A stretch of 64,000 nucleotides of DNA from an uncultured Candidatus Berkelbacteria bacterium (GTDB lineage Bacteria > Patescibacteriota > UBA1384 > UBA12157 > JAENIV01), in contig OY969116.1 in the NCBI GenBank assembly GCA_963698075.1, positions 734,131-798,130 on the forward strand. The letters run 5' to 3'. Of the stretch, positions 28,387 to 36,578 are shown piece by piece (within the stretch, counting starts at the first letter, position 1; each line of letters starts with the position of its first letter). The position numbers and the translations under genes were made by a program. The notes beneath the pieces were generated by a model that had not been told where the DNA came from, ran no database searches, and saw nothing but the letters and a program-made list of their open reading frames with translations.

Positions 28387-28445
28387 AAACAAAAAGCCCC
28401 GCACCCGCTTGTCTCGAGTGAAATCGAGAGATTGGGTTTGGGGCT
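28387..28445 (-). terminator. Intrinsic terminator of the TrmB-4 cargo operon
   Basis: AGCCCC-AA-ACCC...GGGT-GC-GGGGCT followed by TTTTGTTT. Confidence 0.7.
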
Positions 28446-28457
28446 GGTTAGGCTTCT

Positions 28458-29192
28458 TTATTTCCGGGCACAGACAACGTCATAGTTCGGCTCGTGGGCC
28501 AATTTAGGTTGCCAGATTCCGGTCGGCTGAAGACTTCGCAAGATCTCTACGAGCTCGTCTGCCGTCAGTAGGTAACAGATGGAATCACCGCAGAATTCCT
28601 GACCGTGGACCATCCCGGAACCTGAAATATAGCGCGCCCTTTTTTGCCAGTCGTGCTCGATGCGGCCGACAAGTTCAATGTCGGGCAAGCTTATTGTGAC
28701 CGCTCGGCTACCCAGAGCAATTTCTCCCTGAGAGACCGTGTCGAGATAAAGTATTCCGCCTGGCTTGAGCTGGCGATACATTATTCTGATGCTTTTTTCG
28801 ATCAGGATACTTATGGTGTCAGAGTCAAAATCGTGCTTTTCTTTGTCCCAACTATTCACGTAGGTGAGACTATTACCTCGGCAGATGACGGCATCAAAGG
28901 TCTCGCCCAGTCGGCCCAAATTCAGCCAGTTCATCAGAATGTAGGTTAGGTTAGTATGGGCATGTTCTTGTTCAGCCATTGCGATCATCTCTGGCTCGGC
29001 ATCGATTCCAATGCCACAAAACCCCCGTCTGGCTAAGCCTTCCAGAAAGTAGCCATTGCCGCAGCCGCACTCGAGAATCCTCTGCGCCCCATTCTGGCGG
29101 AGAAAAGCAGCTAATTCAGCGATGAAATCCTCGCCGTACATTGCCTCCGAAAGCGCTGACCACTCCTGGGAAAGGGTCATTGATGGTCTCAT
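28458..29192 (-). CDS. Class I SAM methyltransferase, glycine/sarcosine N-methyltransferase-like (TrmB-4 cargo 2)
   Basis: ILECGCGNG and FDAVICRGNSL motifs. Confidence 0.8.
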   Translation of the reverse strand: MRPSMTLSQEWSALSEAMYGEDFIAELAAFLRQNGAQRILECGCGNGYFLEGLARRGFCGIGIDAEPEMIAMAEQEHAHTNLTYILMNWLNLGRLGETFDAVICRGNSLTYVNSWDKEKHDFDSDTISILIEKSIRIMYRQLKPGGILYLDTVSQGEIALGSRAVTISLPDIELVGRIEHDWQKRARYISGSGMVHGQEFCGDSICYLLTADELVEILRSLQPTGIWQPKLAHEPNYDVVCARK

Positions 29193-29193
29193 C

Positions 29194-29844
29194 TTATATC
29201 TCCTTATATCCGATTATTCTTATGCCGCCAGCCGGCTTGTCCTCTGGCAAGAAGCCGGGGATGATCCAGAGGAATTTTCCGCCACCGGCTACCCGGATGT
29301 AAAAAGCCAAGGTTGGATCAGTCAACAGTATTTCATCCGTCGGGAATGGGCCACCGGCCAAATAACTGTCAAGCGCGGCTTTCAGTTCCGGATTTTGTCT
29401 GATCTGTTCTTCTTTCGCCACGCTGCCATTGTAGGAGGATGGTCGGCCGTCAACGACAACGTAAGTGCAGCCGTCCTTCTTTGCTCTTTCAAACATCGCT
29501 CTAATCAGCAAAGAAGCGGCTTTGCCTCCCCGGTAGTTGGGGATGACATCAAGGTTATAGACAAAAACAGTGTTATATCTTTCTGGCCGAGGCTGATGAG
29601 AGAATTCTTGGAAAGTTTTGGGAAAGCCTTCGAAATCATTGGGGGAGAAGTTGGCATAGGAAAAGCAAATCTTCCCGATCAGTTTTCCGGCCATTTCAGC
29701 CCCAAGCATGATATGCCCCAGATGCAACCTTAGCCGGACGGACTCCTCACTAGCCTGGATAGCGGGGATAAAGGACAGTCTCTCGGTATGCATGATTCTT
29801 TCGATGTCCTTAAGACCGAGGGTGACGATTGTAAAGGTGTTCAC
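29194..29844 (-). CDS. GNAT-family N-acetyltransferase (TrmB-4 cargo 1)
   Basis: VYNLDVIPNYRGGKAASLLI acetyl-CoA motif A; GTG start with SD AGGAGG. Confidence 0.8.
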   Translation of the reverse strand: MNTFTIVTLGLKDIERIMHTERLSFIPAIQASEESVRLRLHLGHIMLGAEMAGKLIGKICFSYANFSPNDFEGFPKTFQEFSHQPRPERYNTVFVYNLDVIPNYRGGKAASLLIRAMFERAKKDGCTYVVVDGRPSSYNGSVAKEEQIRQNPELKAALDSYLAGGPFPTDEILLTDPTLAFYIRVAGGGKFLWIIPGFLPEDKPAGGIRIIGYKEI

Positions 29845-29876
29845 TCTGATCCTCCTTGCCAGAGCGTAATTAACAG

Positions 29877-29983
29877 ATTATCGGTGGATATCTATAAATA
29901 GTCAATCAATTTAACAAATATAATAGTATTTACAAAAGAATAGTAATCTGATATATTTGACTATGTTGTTAAAAGTTTTAACA
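29877..29983. promoter_or_regulatory. Divergent promoters plus operator pair (TrmB-4)
   Basis: Minus TTGACT-17-GATAAT; plus TTTACA-17-TATATT; operators AGTCAA-N5-TTAACA (29900-16) and TGTTAA-N5-TTAACA (29967-83). Confidence 0.7.
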
Positions 29984-29991
29984 AAACAATT

Positions 29992-30756
29992 ATGAATCTT
30001 GAAGAAGTTTTAGAAGAATATGGGCTTACCGAAAGACAAGCCAAGGTCTACTTGGCTGCTTTGGAATTGGGCGAATCCGACGTTTCGGATCTTGCCCAGA
30101 AAGCCCAAATCAGAAGAGCAGGCGCTTATTATTTAAGCGAATCATTGGTTAAAGACGGTTTGTTTTATAAAACTAAAAAAGCCAATAAACTCTATTATTC
30201 CGCCGTTGAACCAAAAAATCTATTAGAGCAAGCCAAACGCAAAAAACAAATTATTGAAGAAAATTTCTCAGAACTTCAAGCTTTAGCAAGGTTGTCAATC
30301 AAAAAACCCAACATCCATATTTATGAAGGAATTGAGGGCATAAAAACTGCCTATAAAAGAACTTTAACTAAGAAAAATGCCAAAATGTATGCCTTTTCGC
30401 CTTATGCGACCGCCCAAAAAACCGCCCAATTTCACGGTCGGGAATATCTCAAATGGGGTTTAGAATATATTAAACAAAGAGCCAAAAAAAACATTTTTGT
30501 TTATGACATTGCCGAAGACTCCTCAGAGGCGCGGGAAAGAAAAAAACGTGATCAAGAAGAGTTGCGAGAAACCCGTTTAGTGCCTAAGGAAAAGTTTCCT
30601 TTTACGAACGAAATTGATATTTTCCAAAATTTGGTCATTATAATCTCGTATAAAGAGTTATTGGCAATAATAATCGAATCTCAAGATATCGCTTTTACTT
30701 TAAAGACCATTTTCAACCTCGCCTGGGAGGCGGCAGCTAATTATAGTAAAAAGTAA
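29992..30756 (+). CDS. TrmB-family transcriptional regulator (paralog 4)
   Basis: YGLTERQAKVYLAALELG; RLVPKEKFPF shared with paralog 1. Confidence 0.9.
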   Translation: MNLEEVLEEYGLTERQAKVYLAALELGESDVSDLAQKAQIRRAGAYYLSESLVKDGLFYKTKKANKLYYSAVEPKNLLEQAKRKKQIIEENFSELQALARLSIKKPNIHIYEGIEGIKTAYKRTLTKKNAKMYAFSPYATAQKTAQFHGREYLKWGLEYIKQRAKKNIFVYDIAEDSSEARERKKRDQEELRETRLVPKEKFPFTNEIDIFQNLVIIISYKELLAIIIESQDIAFTLKTIFNLAWEAAANYSKK

Positions 30757-30817
30757 AAAGTACAGAGTTATTAGTTATCAGTATAGATAATATAGTATAA
30801 TTCAAATTGAGGTAAAA

Positions 30818-31840
30818 ATGGGTGAATTTAGGCCTTATCCGGTGCCGGAATATACTCATGAGCAAGTTTTTGGCCCAGAAAGAATGACTGATGGCGAAAG
30901 CATCAGCCAAGAGAGAGTCGAGGAATTAGCTTCTTTAATTGAATCAGACGCTCAAAATTTTCAAAGATTCCAAATAAGTGAGGCCCAACGTGGGCTAAAA
31001 ACCTGGGATGAAGTTTTTAGCCAAATGGGGGAGATCCACAAAGCCGAGGCCGAAGATTTTGCCGAAAGCCCTTTGGAAGGGAAAATGATGTCGGTTTATT
31101 GGGGAATGGGCGAGATTTTAAGCCAAACCAGAGAAAGAAATAGTTTGTCGCGGGCGCTTGAGGCGATTGAAGCCCGCCCTAATCCTGATAAACGACATCG
31201 CGCCGAAATAAAAAAACGATTTGACGAACTTAATATCCCCTTAGCCGATTGGCAAAATGACATCGCTCGAGTCACTTTGGCCTTGGCGAAGATGGAGGCC
31301 GGCCGTAAATTTTTAAAGTTTTTTTGGGACTCATTCCATAAACTTTCTCGCCTCACTTTTGAGGAGAGCGAAGACCAGTCGGGAAGCATCAGAAGTGGCG
31401 TCTTAGGAGTTATAACGACGATCAAAATTATGAACGCTTTGAGTTTTGAAACTGCCCTGCCTTATCCAGAGCAAGATGCCATTCATAAGATTGATCTTTT
31501 TGCTCGGCGCGGTGAACAAACCCTGGCGATTCAAGTTAAATCCCATAACGCCCCGGTTTTAAGAGTTCGTTGTTTTCCTTTGAGAAGTCTAGAAAGAACA
31601 GATGGTTTGGAGGGTCGCGAAAAGAAAGAAGCGGAAAATCGCAATCAACTCTTGACAAATAGCCGAAAATATGCAGATAATTGGGGAAAGCCGGTGGTGC
31701 CGCTCTGGGTTGATCTAGACCGCTACGGCGGTCTGAACCTTTACCAAGACGAGTTGACTGGTGAGCCCGCCCGCGACTTTACGCTGGGGAAACTTGCCCA
31801 AGAGGTGGAGGCCAGTCTCAAAGGAGGCACCGATGTCTGA
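30818..31840 (+). CDS. Hypothetical protein with a PD-(D/E)XK-like motif
   Basis: QDAIHKIDLFARRGEQTLAIQVKS. Confidence 0.6.
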   Translation: MGEFRPYPVPEYTHEQVFGPERMTDGESISQERVEELASLIESDAQNFQRFQISEAQRGLKTWDEVFSQMGEIHKAEAEDFAESPLEGKMMSVYWGMGEILSQTRERNSLSRALEAIEARPNPDKRHRAEIKKRFDELNIPLADWQNDIARVTLALAKMEAGRKFLKFFWDSFHKLSRLTFEESEDQSGSIRSGVLGVITTIKIMNALSFETALPYPEQDAIHKIDLFARRGEQTLAIQVKSHNAPVLRVRCFPLRSLERTDGLEGREKKEAENRNQLLTNSRKYADNWGKPVVPLWVDLDRYGGLNLYQDELTGEPARDFTLGKLAQEVEASLKGGTDV

Positions 31841-32036
31841 TAGGTCTTCTCAAGATCCCTTCCGAGATAAAGCTTATCAAACCCGCACTTGGGAAGGGAT
31901 GGTTAAGCAAGATCCTGCTGATTCATCAGGTTGCGCCCGATGTGCCCGTCTCATCAAGAGAAAAGGGGTTCAACATCCCCACGTCCAGCACCATCTTCAG
32001 CGCTGCGAGCGCTGTCGAGCCCGCTACGCCCATTGA
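31833..32036 (+). CDS. Small Cys/His zinc-finger protein
   Basis: ATG 31833 with SD AGGAGG, overlaps the upstream gene; CARC...HLQRCERC. Confidence 0.6.
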   Translation: MSDRSSQDPFRDKAYQTRTWEGMVKQDPADSSGCARCARLIKRKGVQHPHVQHHLQRCERCRARYAH

Positions 32037-32067
32037 GCGCCCGAGGCACGTTGCCCGGGCGCTTTGC

Positions 32068-32109
32068 TTATACTGGCCGCATTATACTGGCCGCATTATA
32101 CTGGCCGCA
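32068..32109. repeat. Tandem repeat 3 x 14 bp (TTATACTGGCCGCA)
   Basis: Three exact units. Confidence 0.95.
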
Positions 32110-32150
32110 TTGTCCCTTGAAAAATTTCCTCCTTAAGGTATACTCAAGAC

Positions 32151-33581
32151 ATGGCTAAATTAAGCTTGAAGGAAAATATTATTTGGTTAGGCATCGCTAT
32201 TTTTGCCGCTCTCTTTTTTGCCTTTGTCATTGGCAAATTCGCCAGTCTTTCCATCGCCATTATCCCCGTTTTATTGGCCGGTCTTTTTTTGGCTTATTAT
32301 ATAATCCGTAATCCCGAGCTTGGCTGGTTTTTAATCATCTTTTTCTTGCCTTTCGAACGAGTGCCAACGGTTAATTTCGGCGGGATTGATGTCAAAATTA
32401 ATACCGCTTTGGGCTTTATCACTCTTTTAGCTTGGATCCTCGCCTTGGCGTTTTCCCCCAAGAAATACAAAGTTTCCCCCAATGCCCTCGCCATTCCTTT
32501 GTCTATTTTTGTTTTTGCCTTGGTGCTTTCTTTGTCCCACGCGGTGGCTCTTACGAGAGCCCTTGAGGTTTTGGCTTTTATTGGCTTTACCATTACACTT
32601 TCAATTTTGGCAGTCAATATGGTCAATTCTAAAGAAATTCTCAACAAAACGATTATTGTCCTCTTTGCCTCCAGTTTGCTCGTGGGCATTTTTGGACTTT
32701 TTCAATTTGGCGGGGATGTGGTGGGGCTGCCGCAATCAATGACCTTCCTTAAAGAAGGTTACACCAAAGCTGTTTTTGGTTTTCCCCGCATCCAGGCTTT
32801 TTCAATGGAGCCGTTATATTTGGCTAATTATCTTTTAATCCCCTTATTTATCGGCTTGGCCTTTTTCTTTAATCGTACCGGGCCTTTAAAACGCTGGCCG
32901 TTGGTTGGTCTTTTGGCTTTGCTTTTAATGATTTTTGTTTTAACCGTTTCTCGGGGCGGCTACCTTGGTTTTGTCGGGGCATTTCTGGTTTTGGCGATTT
33001 TTCTTTTCCGGAAAGTTTTTACTTGGCGAAACATCGTTTTTGCCGTCTTGATTATTGGCGTGGTCGGCTATGGCGTTGCTTTTGCCTTATCCAAGGGAGA
33101 TTACAAAGCGACCAATGAATTTATCGGTCATGTTTTACTTTCGGATATTAATCGTGGGGAATCGATTCAAGGAAGACTTCAAACCTATGAGCGTTCTTTG
33201 CAGGCCTTTCACGAAAGCCCTATCTTGGGCATTGGCATTGGTAACTACGGTCCCTGGAATAAATTTTACCCGCCAATGACGCCGCCGAAGGGCTGGGACA
33301 TTGTTAACAATCAATATCTCGAACTTTTGGCGGAAACGGGAATCATTGGTTTAAGTGCTTTTGGACTAATAATTTTCGTTCTTCTTTTAAGGACACTGGT
33401 TGCCCTAAAACATGCCAAGGACACCTATCTGAGATCGGTTTTAATTGGTTTGGCCGCGGCCTTTGTGGGGATTTTAATCCAGTATAATTTTATGTCTACC
33501 CTCTATATTATTCATATTTGGGTGATGATCGGGTTATTAATTGCGGTACAGAATATCATTTTAAAAACAAAAAATGTCTAA
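32151..33581 (+). CDS. O-antigen ligase/Wzy_C-family membrane protein
   Basis: RIQAFSMEP, TVSRGG, PILGIGIGNY and NQYLELLAETGIIG motifs. Confidence 0.85.
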   Translation: MAKLSLKENIIWLGIAIFAALFFAFVIGKFASLSIAIIPVLLAGLFLAYYIIRNPELGWFLIIFFLPFERVPTVNFGGIDVKINTALGFITLLAWILALAFSPKKYKVSPNALAIPLSIFVFALVLSLSHAVALTRALEVLAFIGFTITLSILAVNMVNSKEILNKTIIVLFASSLLVGIFGLFQFGGDVVGLPQSMTFLKEGYTKAVFGFPRIQAFSMEPLYLANYLLIPLFIGLAFFFNRTGPLKRWPLVGLLALLLMIFVLTVSRGGYLGFVGAFLVLAIFLFRKVFTWRNIVFAVLIIGVVGYGVAFALSKGDYKATNEFIGHVLLSDINRGESIQGRLQTYERSLQAFHESPILGIGIGNYGPWNKFYPPMTPPKGWDIVNNQYLELLAETGIIGLSAFGLIIFVLLLRTLVALKHAKDTYLRSVLIGLAAAFVGILIQYNFMSTLYIIHIWVMIGLLIAVQNIILKTKNV

Positions 33582-34803
33582 TCTAATTGCTTTAATTTTT
33601 CTTCTGCTGCCGACCTATCTTATTCGTTTTACACCTTTTGGTATCCCAACTACCGTCTTGGAAATCTTAATATATATAGTATTGCTGGTCGGTCTCTGGC
33701 GGGCGTATCGAAGTGGCTTCAAAAAGATACCCCTGAAGATATGGTTGCCAATCGGATTATTGATTATCGCTCTTGTTATTTCGACCATTGTTTCCCCAGA
33801 TAAACGCACCGCCATGGGCGAATTTAAGGGCTTTTTTATTGATCCAATGCTGGTGGGCTGGCTGATTTTCCAATTTATTAAAAAAGAAAATTTAACTAAA
33901 ATTTTTTGGGCGCTAATTTTAGCGGGCGCTTTTGTGGCTGGTCATACGATTGTCAAAAGATTTCTCGGAATCATTGAGCCAGGCGGTCGAGTAGTAGGCA
34001 TCTTTGGTTATTCGCCAAATTACACCTCGTTGTTTTTAGCGCCGATAGTGGTGCTGTTGGCATGCTTATTGCTTAGCATGCGCTGTGACTACAGACTATT
34101 GTTGATAAGAAATAAATATTTGCGGTGGTCAGTAGTCTGTGGTCTGTTAGCGATTTTGTTACTCGCTATCTTTTTTTCTGGGTCGCGTGGCGGCTTTTTG
34201 GCCATTATCGCTGGTTTAGGAATTTTTGCAGTAGCTAATTATTGGGGATGGATTAAAGAGCGAATTTCTGCCAAAATTATCATTGCGATTTTAATTATTG
34301 CCGGCATTTACACGGCTTGGACGGTTTTTCGACCTAACTTTTCTGCCTCGCCTGAGGCCGGCCGAGTCGCCTCATCAAATAATGTTCGTTGGCAAATTTG
34401 GCAGGAATCAATAAAATTAGGGTTTAAACACCCTATTTTGGGCGTAGGTTTAGGCAACTTTCAGCCGGCTTTTGGGAAATTTACCCAAAATATTGCCAAT
34501 TTTCCTGAATTTATCACTCCCTTGGCCCTAACGCCGCACAATAATTTTTTTATGTTTTGGCTTTCCACTGGCCTCTTGGGTTTAGCCGCCTTTATCTGGT
34601 TAATCGTGGCCTTTTATTTTCAGGCGCTCAAAAATTCAGCAAAAGTTTATGCGCCGATTATTTTAGCTTGTATGAGTGCGATTCTTCTTTATGGTTTGAT
34701 CGAAACCTCAATCTGGAAGAATGACTTAAGCATTATTTTTTGGGGATTCTGGGCGATGATTTGGATAGATAATGCAAAATTCAAAAATCAAAATGCAAAA
34801 TGA
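33574..34803 (+). CDS. O-antigen ligase/Wzy_C-family membrane protein
   Basis: SGSRGG, RWQIW, PILGVGLGNF and PHN motifs. Confidence 0.85.
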   Translation: MSNLIALIFLLLPTYLIRFTPFGIPTTVLEILIYIVLLVGLWRAYRSGFKKIPLKIWLPIGLLIIALVISTIVSPDKRTAMGEFKGFFIDPMLVGWLIFQFIKKENLTKIFWALILAGAFVAGHTIVKRFLGIIEPGGRVVGIFGYSPNYTSLFLAPIVVLLACLLLSMRCDYRLLLIRNKYLRWSVVCGLLAILLLAIFFSGSRGGFLAIIAGLGIFAVANYWGWIKERISAKIIIAILIIAGIYTAWTVFRPNFSASPEAGRVASSNNVRWQIWQESIKLGFKHPILGVGLGNFQPAFGKFTQNIANFPEFITPLALTPHNNFFMFWLSTGLLGLAAFIWLIVAFYFQALKNSAKVYAPIILACMSAILLYGLIETSIWKNDLSIIFWGFWAMIWIDNAKFKNQNAK

Positions 34804-34975
34804 CAATTAAAAATGTAAAATGAGCGAGCCATGTATCCTCAAAAGCAAATCGCGCAGCCGAGCGGGCAGGTGTCCCGCCTGTGGCGGGACGAGCGAGGCG
34901 AGCGTTTAGACCTGATTTTCTCGCTGGGAAAATCAAGGTCGGTGTCTTTTGACGGGTACTGGCGAGCGAGGTGTT

Positions 34976-36544
34976 TTGAAAAAATATTGGATTCAAATAA
35001 GTCTGATTATTATCATCATCATCGCTTCTTTTCTATTGATGATTTTTTCAGCGCGAACGGATTCTCTCACAGTCGATGAAAAAGTCCATATTACCGCCGG
35101 CTATTTGCATACCTGGTATGGGAATTACACCTTCAATAGCGAACATCCGCCCCTTTTAAATGATTTAGCCGGTTTTTTTGCCAAATTAAGCCGGCCCAAT
35201 CTTCCAGCTGCTTCTTTATCTGATTTCGAGGGTGGCGATCAGTGGCAATATGGAGATTTGTTTTTCTATCATTCAGATAATAATGTTGAAAAACTGGTCT
35301 TTTCATCCAGACTACCATTTATTTTATTGACCCTTGGGCTGATTTATTTGGTTTTTATCTGGGCTAAAGAAGTTTTTGGGCCAAAAGCCGGGCTTATGGC
35401 GGCGGCGCTAGTAGGTTTTTGTCCCAATATTTTAGCCCACGGTCGATTGGCAACGACCGATGCAGTGGCTTTCTTTTTTGTGTTGGCAGTTTGGTTGCTT
35501 CGAAAATACATTTTAAAATCGAGCTGGTCTAATGCTTTACTTTTGGGGACAGCAATCGCTTTGGCAATCCTTGCCAAATTTTCCGGAGTTTTGATTTTGC
35601 CGGTCATTGGTTGTGGGTTGCTTTATTTTTGGATTGCCAAGAGGCCGAAATTTTTGACTGCTTTCGGACAATTACTTGTCATCTTGGGAACCGCCCTTGT
35701 TTTATCTTGGTTGGTCTATCTTTTCTCGATGAGAGGGGAACTTACTTCGCCAATATTTATGGCGCCGATTAATAAATTTATTCAAGGCTACAATATCCTC
35801 GCTGACCACAACCAGGTTGGCCACTGGAACTATTTAAATGGTCAAATTAAATTCACTGGTTGGTGGTATTATTTCTTGCTGGTTTTATGGTATAAACTGA
35901 CCATACCATCACTTCTTCTCATTGGGCTTTCAATCATTTTTTATATCTACTCGAAGCATTCAAAAATCAATAGCTTTTTGGATGAATTTTTGATTGCCTT
36001 TCCGTTGTTATTGTTTTTGGGCTTTTCTTTCACCTCCCATATTGATATTGGCATTCGTCATATTTTGCCAGTCTTGCCATTTTTGTTTCTTTTCGCCTCA
36101 AGGCTGGGAGAAACTACCAATTTCATTCTCAAACCGATCGTTGCCGGTTTGGTGATCCTCCATGTGGCTTTTGGCATTTTGGCTTACCCGAATTTTATTG
36201 CTTATTTTAACCAAATTGCCGGAGGACCGAAGGGTGGGATTAATCATTTAATTGACTCCAATTTGGATTGGAATCAAAATATGAAAAGATTCGCTGCTTA
36301 TGCTAAAGATAAAAATATTAAAGAAGTTTACACTTATTGCTGGGATTTAGAATCTTTCGAATATTATGGAATCAAAGCTAATTTTTTACCAACTACGCCG
36401 GTAAACGGGGTGGTCGTCGTCTGCGCCCACCAACTGAAGATTAAATATGATTATGACTTTAGCTGGGTGACGAAATATCCTTTTGACGACGTTGTTGCCC
36501 AGGGGATGTATATTTGGCGTTTTGACCAAAAACCAGTACAATGA
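34976..36544 (+). CDS. GT-C glycosyltransferase (ArnT/PMT-like)
   Basis: TVDE..H, EHPPL, LAHGRLATTD, AKFS and GIRHILP motifs. Confidence 0.85.
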   Translation: MKKYWIQISLIIIIIIASFLLMIFSARTDSLTVDEKVHITAGYLHTWYGNYTFNSEHPPLLNDLAGFFAKLSRPNLPAASLSDFEGGDQWQYGDLFFYHSDNNVEKLVFSSRLPFILLTLGLIYLVFIWAKEVFGPKAGLMAAALVGFCPNILAHGRLATTDAVAFFFVLAVWLLRKYILKSSWSNALLLGTAIALAILAKFSGVLILPVIGCGLLYFWIAKRPKFLTAFGQLLVILGTALVLSWLVYLFSMRGELTSPIFMAPINKFIQGYNILADHNQVGHWNYLNGQIKFTGWWYYFLLVLWYKLTIPSLLLIGLSIIFYIYSKHSKINSFLDEFLIAFPLLLFLGFSFTSHIDIGIRHILPVLPFLFLFASRLGETTNFILKPIVAGLVILHVAFGILAYPNFIAYFNQIAGGPKGGINHLIDSNLDWNQNMKRFAAYAKDKNIKEVYTYCWDLESFEYYGIKANFLPTTPVNGVVVVCAHQLKIKYDYDFSWVTKYPFDDVVAQGMYIWRFDQKPVQ

Positions 36545-36578
36545 TATTATCCAGATTAAAACATAAGGAGGATCGAAA

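Noticed and set aside
29056-29733. 225-aa plus-strand ORF
   Set aside because: Antisense shadow of the GNAT and methyltransferase genes; no motifs.
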